Assembly: GCF_018977255.1 (NCBI RefSeq)
Contig: NW_024704743.1
Span: forward strand, 93,002,001 to 93,066,000
Length of the DNA: 64,000 bases
Source: Callorhinchus milii
Lineage: Eukaryota
Direction: 5' to 3'
Positions 41,291 to 52,908 of this stretch are shown in pieces; the first letter of the stretch is position 1; every line of letters begins with the position of its first letter. Below the pieces are notes generated by a model. That model saw nothing but the letters and a program-made list of their open reading frames with translations. It made no database searches and was not told where the DNA came from. The position numbers and the translations under genes were made by a program.

Positions 41291-42989
41291 TAATGCATCA
41301 CAGATAATAATAATCCTTGCATTTGATATATCGCCTTATCACATCTTTGAAACATCTCAAAGGACATTACAGAATATACTCTAAAGTGAATTGACTGTAT
41401 TTTTGTGGATGACTGTGCTGTACTGTATGAGAAGCTGTATGAGAAGGGCATGGCTAAATCATCACATTTCAGACTGGATTATCTACCCCAAATCACTTTA
41501 AGCATAGAACACCTTCCCCTTCCCCAGATACTTTTTATGTAAGGGCCTCATTTTATTAACCTCAAAAGGATAAATGGCTTACTCAAATGCTGGATCTCCC
41601 ATTCCCAATTTTAATACACTGAGCAACCCAAAATATTTTAGTAAACGAGAGCAGGGGATCATTGCCTAGCTGTGTATGGAAATGTCTGCCCTGTGAAAGT
41701 TGTGTTAGATATCACTAATCCCTTTTGAAATAGTGTTTGACACCTTTGAATCCCTTAAAATCAGCAGGAGAGGATGTCTTCCATCATCCAATAATATTAG
41801 CTGTTTGTGTGACATTGCTGTGCCCAATTCGCTGTCACATCTGCCCACAAAACGCCAGTCACTGCACTTTCCATTATATCTTGTGAAACACTTTGGTATG
41901 TCCTCCCACTATGAAAGGCACCATAACAAATGTAAGGAGGATTATTATATATTTACCTTTTCTTCCAAAGCTTCCAAACACTTTCCCAAATTTGTCTCTG
42001 GTGTGGAAACTGTATCCCATATTGGCTAGGAAGCATTTTCAATTGTTCACTGACTGTCTCACATGAGGCAGATGTTCCAGTTGCCTGTACTTGAACAATG
42101 ACTCACTTGGTACTTTAGCAGCTCACCAATTGTTGATGACTCACTTTGAATCTACATCACTTTCTTGTCTATTGTCTGAGCTGATATTTTCAGGGATGAG
42201 GGACTGATGTTGTTGATGCTCTGATTACTGTCCTAGTGGCTCATGCTTATGGTCCTTCAAGAGCATTAAGGGGTTTGCTTTCCACAGTTGCTACCTCTTG
42301 GGCTTGTGTTATTGCTCTGGCTTCTTTCTCCTATTGTGTAACAAATGTTAGCTTGGCTCAGCAGATAACACTCTTGCCTTTGAGTCAGAAAGTTGTGATT
42401 TTTAAAAAAAGCAATAATGTGATGAGATGATGGGATGGTGGGAATTCTGGAAGGATGAGATCAGATGCATTAAAGCATCTTCTTCCTCTGAACTAATCTT
42501 GTGAATCACCTCCTTGCAGCTCACATTGTGGTCATACTTAGTTTTTGGGACAACCTCTAATTTTTNGTGATCACTTGAGAATTACAATGGTTAGCTTCTT
42601 TTTACATGAATTAGCACCCATTGAGATGTACCCAATCTGGCCAAGCTGTGCACATCAGCAAGGAACTATTAAAACCAAAGGAAATTTTAACTGATTATAA
42701 AGGGTCTCTTTTCAATCCAAAATACAAATCTCCACTTCTGATTCTACATCTCACGACAAATATCAAGATTCCCCAGTCATCTTATCAACAACAAGATTAC
42801 ATTTGTATAGCACCTTTCACATCAGGAGGCAATCCCAAGGCACTGGGATCAACAAAGTTTTTAAAAAGGTTGCAATTTGCTGAGGTAGCAGCAACTTTAT
42901 ATGGAAGCAGGTAAACAAGTCAATTAGCAATTAATCATAGGCTATGTGTTGAAGATTAATTCAGTTGCTGACCAGTCGAAACTGAGTGC

Positions 42990-45900
42990 TTTTGTTTGAG
43001 TCCTATATAAAGAGGAAGACTTGCAAGAGCCTCACTTGAGCAAAGAATCCAGGAATGTGAGGAGACAATGAAGTGAGGAGGAACAGAGTGAGACTTCTGT
43101 TTGGGGATTAGCTGAGAGTGGGAATTTGGTGCAGGTGAGAACTTGTAAAGGAGAAACAAATCCCCTAAGAGCCTGAATGAAAAGGTCACATTCCTGTGGT
43201 GGTAAGTGTATATAATATAGATGTATATTTAGTATATAAGGAGTGTGAGCAATAGAATAAAAGGTGTGAAGTTACTTGTTTTTGCCTATTTATCCCAAAA
43301 CTGTTGAGACAAAACATGTCTGAAACACCTGGCAGGGCAGCTGAGACCCATTCCATGCACATTGTGTGCCATGTGGGAACTCCAGGATGGTTTATGTGTT
43401 CTGGACAAACATGTGTGTAGGAAGTGCCTCTGGCTGCTTGAGCTTGAACTCAGGGTTGCTGAGTTTGAGGAGAGGCTAGTCACTACATAGGATATGTGAG
43501 GCTGAAGAATTTATGGATTGAACTTTTCAAGAGGTGTTCACCCCACAGCCACAGAGAGTTCAGGAGGTGGTCACCCCAACTAGACAGAGGGCTCAGAAGA
43601 AAGCTGAGTGGGTGACCATCTGAAGTAGAGAAAATAAAGAACAGGTGGTACAGAAATTCCTAAGAGTGTGGCACTCATAAATTGGTTCTTGGTACTGGAT
43701 ACCAGTGAGGATGCCTCTGGTGAGAAGAGTCAAAAGGTAATGGATGTTCAGGGAGATAAGGGGAAGAATGCCAATGCTGTTGTTATCGGGGATACAACAG
43801 TTAAAGGGATAGACAGGCATTTCTGCCATAAAAGATGGGACTTGCGCCTAGTATGCTGCCTTCCTGGGGCCAGGGTGCATGATGTCATGGAATAGGTGCA
43901 AAATATACTACAGGGGGAAGGGGAAAATCTGGAAGTTGTGGTGCATGTTGGGATCCATGATGTAGCTGAGACCCTACAGCGAGAATATCAGAAGCTTGGG
44001 AAGAAGCTAAAGAACAGGACATCAATGGTGGTGATCTCGGGATTACTCCCAATGCCTTATACAAGTGAATACCAAACTGGGAGGATCAAACACATGAATG
44101 CCTGGCTGGAGAAATGGTGCAGAAAGAAGGGCTTCAGGTTTCTAAACCACTGGGATCACTTTTGGGGGCAGATGGGATCTGTACATGAGGAGATGGGTTA
44201 CACCTGAGCAGGGCTGGGACCAATGTCATTGCAAAAAGGATAACAAATGCTGTGGGGAAGCATTTAAACTGATTTTGAGGGAGATGGGGATCGGAATGTA
44301 GTATCAAGGAGGTGAAACAAGTTACATAGTGGATGAGGAGAGACAGAAATAGAAATGAAACAAGGAATAGTCCAGCAAAAAATGGAAAGAGACAAGGGAG
44401 CAATGTAAAGAGGATTAAGCCGGTATTGGAGTTCATGTGTGTAAATGCACGGAGCGTGACAACAGCAACAAAATTGCATTTAGAGAGCACCTTTCACGTT
44501 GGAAATGGGGAATGGCGAGCATGGGGCAGGGGTGGTGTAGGGGTGAGAGAAGGCCGAAAGGTGGGAGGGCGACCAAAGGCACGGTCGAAGAGAAGAGTCT
44601 TGAGACCGGCTTTGAAGGAGGCAAGGGAGGAAGCGAGGCCTGATGAGTGGAAGGTTGGTAGGGAGTCAGTAGGTCAGAGAGGTAGGAGAGGGCAAGGCTA
44701 TGGATGGCCTTAAAGGTGAGGACGAGGATCTTGAACTCGATCCTCTGGGGGATGGGGAGTCAGTGGAGTCGGGGAGGGTGGAAGTGATGGGGTCACAGAG
44801 CCTGGTGCATGAGAGTACACGAGCTGCAGAGTTTTGGATGATCTGCAGCTTGTGAAGGGAAGAGTTGGGAAGGCCGATGAGGAGGGAGTTCCCGTAATCA
44901 AGCCTTGAGGTGACGAATGCATGGGTGAGGGTTTTGGCAGCCTGAGGGGTGAGGCAGTGGTGGAGTCTGGCAATGTTGCGGAGGTGGTGGTAGGCAGTGC
45001 CGGTTATGGAGTGGATGTGGGGGAGAAAGGACAGTTCAGGGTCAAACAAGATACCCAGGTTCCTGACTGGCTTAGTGAGGCTGAGTGTGCAGCCATGGAG
45101 GCTGATGCTGCCAGCGCCTGAAGTGCATAGGTGCTGGCACAAGCCAATCAGGAGGGCCTTGGTCTTGCCTGGTGACCAATAAGCTTGATGAGCTGCAGGC
45201 TCAAGTTGCCACATGGGGCTATGATGTAGTGGCAATTACGGAGGCTTGGCTCAAGCAAGCACAGGAATGGGAGCTGAATATTCCTGGCTACAACCTGTTC
45301 AGGAGGGACAAAGGGAGAAGGGGTGGCAATACTCATTAGGGTCATGGTCCTAGAAAAAGGAGATAATGTTAGAAGGTCCAAAAACTGAATCTATTGGGTT
45401 AGAGTTACAGAGCAGAAAAGGAGCTGTTACTCTGTTAGGTATTTACTATAGACCTACAAATAGTGGGAAGGAAATTGATGAGCAAATCAGCAAGCAGATT
45501 TCGGAGAGATGCAAAACCAATAGAGTAATGATAATGGGAGATTTCAATTATCCGAACATAGACTGGGAAACGCACCTTATAGAGGGCAAGGAAGGGGAGG
45601 AATTCCTGAAATGTGTGCAGGAGAACTTTCTGGATCAGCATGTTTCCAGCCCAATGAGGAAAGAAGCAGTGCTGGATTTAGTTCTGGGAAACGAAGTGGA
45701 GCAAGTGGAGTAGGTTTCAGTAAGAGAGCATATGGATAATAGTGATCACAATATCATTAGGTTTAGAATAGTTATGGAAAAGGACAACAATCAATCAAAG
45801 GTAAAGACCCTCAACTGCTAATTTCAATGAGCAAAAAGAGACCTGGCCAAGATAGATTGGAAAGAAAGATTGGCAAGTAAGACAGCAAACAAACAATAGG

Positions 45901-46702
45901 AAGCCTTCAAGGAGGAGATAGTTCAGGGACAGAGCAAATACATTCCCACAAAGGGTAAAGGTAGGACAGTCAAACCTCCCTGGATGACTAAGGAAATGGG
46001 GATTAAAGTAAAACAGAAAAAGGAGGCTTATGACTATTGTCAGGTCCAAAACATACAGGATAAAGAAATAGAATTTACTAGATTTTATAAATAGGGATGT
46101 AGAATTCAAAAGTCAGGAGGTTATGTTGAATATTTATAAAACGCTGGTTAGGCCTCAGTTGGAGTACTGCGTTCAGTTCTGGGCACCGCACTTTATGAAA
46201 GATGTTAGAGCATTGGAAAGGGTGCAAAGGAGGTTTACCAGGATGGTACCAGGAATGAAATACCTTAGTTATGAGGAGAGGTTAGCAAAACTAGGATTAT
46301 TCTCCCTCGAGCAGAGAAAATTAAGAGGGGATTTAATAGAGGTTTTCAAGATCATGAGTGGATTTGATAGGTTGAATCGGGAAAAACTGTTTCCTGGCAT
46401 GTGGGTCAGTAACCTGAGGACACCAATTTAAGATAGTTGTTAGAAGAAACAGAGGGGAGGTTAGGAAAAAGTTCTTCACCCAGCGAGTTGTTCGGATCTG
46501 GAATGCATTACCTGAAAGGGTAGTGGAAGCTGTTTCAATAGCAACTTTTAAGAGAGAAGTAGATGGATATTTGGGGAGGGCAGGATTGCAGGGCTATGGA
46601 GAAATAGCGGGCCAGTGGGATTGAGTTGGATTGCTCTTTTAGGAGCTGGCGCAGACGTGATGGGTCAAATGGCCTCTTTCTGTGCTGTATGATTCTATGA
46701 TA
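42990..46702 (+). mobile_element. Near full-length CR1 LINE with zinc-finger/SGNH-esterase ORF1 and endonuclease; RT core deleted
   Basis: From 43329: CTLC...CRKC plus Leu-rich helix. Esterase blocks VVIGDT, CLPGARV, VVVHVG.HD, SGLLP, DGLHL. Endonuclease NARS, YYRP, MGDFNYPNIDW, LDLVL, SDH. Jumps near 46080 to RPQLEYCVQFW; (ATTCTATG)-type tail. Confidence 0.92.
44461..45171 (-). mobile_element. L2 LINE 3' fragment inserted at the CR1 ORF2 start
   Basis: ORF 44666-45235 (PVRNLGILFDPELSF, TSRLDYGNSLL, QNSAARVL). Flanked by GTGAC direct repeats at 44456-44460 and 45172-45176. Confidence 0.92.
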
Positions 46703-48983
46703 CAATTTGCAATATTGAAGAACCTTTCATATTAGGGAAGATGTCTCAAAGTGTGTTACACAGCTGGCTGACCCAAACCCATTGAGGTGGGGTGGGAGCT
46801 GATGAAGGGGCGGGGTGTAAAGATGACTGAAAGCATTGTCAATGAGATAAGCCTTGAGTGTGTCTTTGAAAGTGGATGAAGAGGGCAAATTGGATAGATT
46901 AATGGATAGGGGCACAACTAATTAAACATTTTCATTTTTCACTTATCATCCTGTACAGCATTAATACCTGCTTTAAAAAGTTTCAAAAATATTATCTGGA
47001 TATCGCTCATCAGGATTGAACATGACAAAGGCAAAGTAAAATTTGGAAATTCAACTGTAAAACCTCAGTTCGGGTCTGAAGCCATCAAAGGCACAAATAT
47101 TGTATATTTATGTTGGACCTATAAACAGTGCCATGAATACTAACAGCAGCTGTTTTGAGTAGGCTACCAAGTGCAGAGATGTACTGGACATATACGTAAA
47201 CTGAAAATTGGTGAGGGTGATGATACCTCTAGAGAGAGGAGTTAAAAGCAAATGAACACACAGGGGGACACAGGGAAGAGTGTCAATCCAATTGTCATTG
47301 GGGATGTCATTGGAGTTTCTGCAACCAAAGACATAACTCTCGCATGGTATGTTGCCTCCCTGGTGCCAGGGTTAAAGACATCATGGAACAGAGCAAAACA
47401 TTCTACAGGGAGAAGGGGAACATCCAGAAGTTTGGTCCATGTTGGGTTCCATGACGTAGGGAAAAAAGGGCTGAGATCCTACAAGGAGAGTATCAAATGC
47501 TAGGGAAAAAGCTAAAGAGTAGGACTTCAATGGTAGTGATCTCTGGATTACTCGCAGTGCTTTGTACAGATAAATATTAAAACAGCAGAATCAAACACAT
47601 GAATGCATGGCTGGAGAAATGGTACAGAAAGGAGGGCTTCAGGTTCCTGGAGCATTTGGACCACGTCTGTGGCAGATGGGACATCTACAAAGTGGATGGG
47701 TTATACCTGAACAGGGCTGGGACCAATGTCCTTGCAAGGAGGTTAATTAGTGCTGTGGGGAAGAGTTTAAGCTAATTTCGAGGGGGGAAGGGAATCAGGA
47801 TGTAACATCAGAAAGGAGAAAAAATTACATAAAGGACTGGGCAAGACGAATAGCAATGCAATAAGGAGTCAATCCAGAAAAAGGAGGGATTAGACAGGGG
47901 AGAAATGCAGAGCAGAATAAGTCAGTCTTGGAGTACATGTGTGGAAATGCACAGTGTGACAAATAAGGTTGGTGAACTGCATGCTCAAGTTGCAGCAAGG
48001 GGTTATGATGCAGTGGCAATAACGGAGACCTGGCTCAAACAAGGGCAGGAATGGGAGCTGAATATTCCTGGCTACAATGCATTCAGGAGGGATAGGAAAG
48101 GGAAAAAATGAGGGGGATGGGGGGTGATAATATTGATTAAAGACACGGTTATGGCCCTGGAAAGGGACAATGTGCTAAAGGGTCCCAAAACAGAATCCAT
48201 TTGGTTAGAGTTAAGGAGCAGAAAAGGAGCTGTTACTCTGTTAGGTGTATACTATAGACCACCAAATAGTGGGAAGGAGATAGACAAGCAAATTTGCAAG
48301 CAGATTTTAGAAAAATGCAAAAATAATAGAGTAGTGATAATGGGGGACTTCAATTATCCTAACATAGACTGGCAAAATAATAGTGTTAAGGGCAAGGAGG
48401 GGGAAGAATTCCTGAAATGTGTGCTGGATAAATTTCTGGATCTGTATGCTTCCAGCCCAATGAAAAAGAAAGCAATGCTCCCTAGTTCTGTGGAATGAAG
48501 TGGGGCAAGTGGAGCAGATTTCAGTAGGAGAGCTCTAGACAACAGTGATCACAGCATCATTAGGTTTAGAGTACTTATGGAAAGGGACAAGGAGCAATCA
48601 ATGATGAAGATACTCAACTGAAAGATGGCTAATTTCAGTGAGTTAAAAAGGGACCAAGCCAAGGTGGGCTGGAAAGAAAGATTGGCGGGTAAAACAGCTA
48701 ATGAGCAATGGGAAGCCTTCAAGGAGGAGATAGTTTGGGGACGGAACAACGAGGGCAAGGTAGGGCATCCAAACCTCCCTGGATGACTAATGTAATTGGG
48801 ATTAAAATAAAACAGAAAAAGTAGGCTAAAATAAATGTCATGTCCAAAATACAGAAGATAATCAAATAGAATATAGAAAGCACAGAGGAGAACTGAAAAA
48901 AGAAATAAGAGGGGCAAAAAGATTGTATGAGAAAAGATTAGTGGGTAACAAGAAAGTGAACCCTATGGTATTATATAAGCATA

Positions 48984-49562
48984 TCTGCTTATCTGTTTTC
49001 TTCTATTATATATATATATCTTCAATTTCTCTCTCTCTCTCTATTATATATATATGTTAAGTAAATGACAATGTCTGTCTGCGTTTCAAGAAGGATCTCA
49101 ATAACTGATTCATGTAGAGACATGATTTATACCTCATCGGAAAGGTCTTGCATCTGGTAGTGACAGGAACATATTTGGTTTCAGGTATCTTCTATTGTTC
49201 ATGAGTTATTTTCAGTTTTGCATTTTTTGCTGCAGTTACACCTGGTGGCCACTGAGTAAAAATACACACATTACAGTTACATCTGGTGGCCGCACCAGCT
49301 GACCGTGGCACTAGGGTATCCTGCAGCATATAATACGCACGTAGCCAGGCAGTGGGAACAAAATAAAGAACACAGACGAAGCTAAGCCACAGCAACAACA
49401 ACAAAATAAAATTTTTAAAGTTCTGGGTCCTCCCAAAAGGAGTCCTCCCACAGGAGTCCTCCCAGATGAGCATAGATAAAGATGAAATGTCTGTCTGTGT
49501 GTCAATCTACATTCCATATTGGATCCTTTGGTTGCAAGCAAAGCTGCAACAGGTATAGCTAG
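48984..49562 (+). mobile_element. Non-autonomous Helitron (rolling-circle transposon)
   Basis: Starts TC after host A and ends CTAG before host T, with no TSD. Hairpin GTTGCA-AGCAAAGC-TGCAAC at 49531-49550 ends 12 nt before the terminus. Removal restores CR1 codons TAT AAG CAT ATA AAG AAT AAA AGG (YKHIKNKR). Confidence 0.85.
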
Positions 49563-50307
49563 TAAAGAATAAAAGGTTAGTCAAAGGTAAGGTGGGGCCA
49601 ATTAGGGTCCAAAGATTAAATCTGGTTGAGGCAGAGGGCATGACTGATGTACTGAATGAGTACTTTGCAACTGCCTTCACAAAAGAAGAGGATGCAGCCA
49701 ATGCCACAGTATTGGTGGGGAGAATATGGAAATTGGATAGGATCAAAAAATAAACAGAGAGGGGGTAGTAAAAAGGTTGATAGTGCTCAAGGTAGATAAG
49801 ACTCCCAGTCCAGATGGGATGCATCCTAGGTTCCTAGGTTAATGAGGGAAGGAACAGTGGAAATAGCAGAAGCTCTGATCTTTCATGCCTCCTTAGACAC
49901 TGGGGTTGTGCCAATGGACTCGAGGGTTGCAAATTTAACTCTCCTGTACAAAAAGGGGCAGAAGGATAAGCCCGGGAATTGCAGGTCAGTCTGTCTAACA
50001 TCAGTAGCGGGGAAACTTCTAGAAACTATAATCCGGGACAAAATACATTTTTATTTAGAAAAATATGGGTTAATAAAGCACAGCCAACACAGATTTGTTA
50101 AAGGCAAATTGTGTCTAACAAACCTGAAGAGACTTGTAAGCAAAATAGAAGCACACTGTATTAAAGGGATAGTGGCAGCATGGATACAGAACTGGTTGGG
50201 AGACAGAAAGCAGAGCGTGGTGGTGAATGGTTGTTTTTCTGACTGGAGGGAAGTGTACAGTGGTGTCTCCCAGGGGTCGGTATTGGGACCACTGCTATTT
50301 TTGATTG

Positions 50308-50386
50308 ATGTGTATGTGTGTGTGTATCTATATATATGTGTGTGTGTTATATATATATATGTATGTATGTGTGTGTATATATATAT
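50308..50386. repeat. (TG/TA)n microsatellite inside the CR1 RT
   Basis: Interrupts LLFLI..(YIN)DLDLGI. Confidence 0.85.
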
Positions 50387-52908
50387 GACCTAGACTTGGG
50401 TATAGGAAGTACAATTTCTAAGTTTGCAGATGATACTAAGCTTGGAAATGTAGTAAATTGTGAGGAGGGTGGTAGCAGACTGCAAGAGGACATAGACAGG
50501 CTGGTAAAATGGGCAGACACGTGGCAGATGAAGTTTAATGTGGAGAAATGCAAAGTGATGCATTTTGGGAGGAAGAATGAGGAGAGGCCATAAAAGCTGA
50601 TGGCACAATCTTAAAGGAGGTGAAGTAACAGAGAGACCTGGGGGTTCATATAAGTAAATCTTTGAAGGTGGCAGGACAGGTAGATAAAGCTATTTTTTTT
50701 TAAAAAAAGCATATGTGATACTAGGCTTTATAAATAGGGGCATATAATACAAAAGTCAGGAAGTTATGATGAGCCTTTATAAAACACTGGTTAAGCCTCA
50801 GCTGGAGACTGTGTTCAGTTCTGGGCACCACATTTTAGGAAGGATGTCCAGGCATTGGAGAAGGTGCAAAGGAGATTTACCAGGATGGTACCAGGAATGA
50901 GGGACTTCAGTTATCAGGAGAGGCTGGAGAAGCTAGGGTTATTCTCCTTGGAGCAGAGAAGGTTAAGAGGAGACTCAATAAAGTTTTCAAAATTATGAGG
51001 TTATTCGATAGGGTGAACAAGGAGAAACTATTTCCACTGGCGGGCGGGCGGGTCGGTAACCTGGTAACACCGATTTAACATAGTTGTTAAAAGAACCAGA
51101 GGGGAGATGAGGAGAAATTTTCTAACACAGCGAATTGTTCGGATCTGGAATGCATTGCCTGAAAGGATAGTGGAAGCCGATTCAATAACAACTTTTAAAA
51201 GGGAAGTAGATAATTATTTAGGGAGGACAAATTTGCAGGGCTATGGGGAGAGAGCGGGTGAGTGGGATTGATTTGGATAGCTCTTTTAAAAGAAACGGCA
51301 CAGACACGATGGGCCGAATGGCCTCCTTCTGTGCTGTATAATTCTATGATTCTAAGACCCTGGGTGAATAAATGTGTGTCAAGAAGGCAAGAAAATTTCA
51401 AAAAGTTATAATAGTATGGGCATTTAACAAATGTGCAGCTGTGTGGGGTTACTTTTGTAATATTTTATTGATTTCTTTTGCAGATGCTTTCTGTGGGTCA
51501 ACAAAAGCTGAAACATTAAGCCTCTGAAGAGCGGCAGATTTTTCATTGAAAGGGACAGACTACAGAATTCGTGCTATTTTTAAAACTGTTGTGGCCCTGC
51601 AGCCCTTAGACTTATGACATTTTCCATATGGCAGCTTCATCCTGTTGCATTAAATGTCATACGCATTTACAATTTTAACTGGATTATTAAAAAACAGACC
51701 TTATAGCTCTCTGATAGTCTATCCTGGAACTTAATTTTAGAAATTCAGAAAATTTACATATTGCAGATGATTATATTGGACTTTGGGAATTTTCCAACTG
51801 GTTATAGTGTACCATGGAGGAAAGTGGGATTGACACAAACAGCACAGACTTGTGCCATTTATTCTCTTGTTAGCAAAAGAATAAATCAGTGTAATAGAGC
51901 TGAAAATAGAGTGAATGGAGCTCGAAGCAATTTGAACGCAGACTCCAGTGGGCACAACCTGACATCACAATGAACCCTAAATTGGTAAGCACCATCAGAG
52001 AGGACAAAAGGATGGCAAAGGATGATTTCATAGTGATACAGGGGTCTATTCTAAAGTTGGGGTTAAGCCACGATTGTTGGGGTAAAGTAGAATTTGTAGT
52101 GGGAGTGCTTGCTGCTATTTTATCTTCATACATATTGCCCCACCTAATCTTTGTTTCAATAACTACTGCTAATCTCTGGAACTCTCTGCCTCAATCCATC
52201 CATCTTGCCCCTCTTTGCCTGGATTCATGCCATGCCTGAAGAATTTCCTCTTCGACTGTGCCTTTGGTCATCTCCTCTCACTTTCCAACTTGATGTCAAA
52301 GCACTCTTTAATGCACTGTTAAGCACCCCAAGCCGCTATTTATGTGAAAAGTGCTATTTTTATGCAAGGTGTTGTTGTTCTGTGATCTCCTTTATTCCTA
52401 CTTCTCCACTCACTCTTTCCGCCCCATCAATTGAAGCCTACTTTATATCCCCACTGCTCTGCTCCAGCATCAGTGGCCAAGATACTTCATTCACAAGGTT
52501 CTTCTTTGCTTTCAAAAATGCTCTACAAACCTATCTCTTTGATTGCACCTATATCAATTCCCATGTAACTCCTATCTCCCTTTCAGTCACTGTAAAATTT
52601 TTCAGACACTCCAATATGAAAGGTACCTTGGAATGGCAAATTTCTGTTGTTGGTACTGATGCTGGAGACGAGAAAACATTTAGCATTCGAGCAATTCACT
52701 ACCTCTAATTTTATAATACATTTGTTTGCAACTGTTTTGCCCAGAGCAGAAGATCTGCAGATCAGTTCTTCCAAAAAAGGGGGAATCATTTTATATTTGT
52801 TTGTTTCTCACCAACTGACCGAGCCTTTACTAGATTAGCCATCTGAAAATCTTCTTTGACTTTATTTAGACAACTCAGCTCTTCCCTACACAATAATCCT
52901 TGCATTTG

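Larger units (their letters stand above)
47205..51355 (+). mobile_element. CR1 LINE: partial esterase ORF1 plus degenerate EN-RT ORF2
   Basis: [56 protein letters not shown]; tail ATAATTCTATGATTCTA. Multiple stops and frameshifts; hosts a Helitron. Confidence 0.93.
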
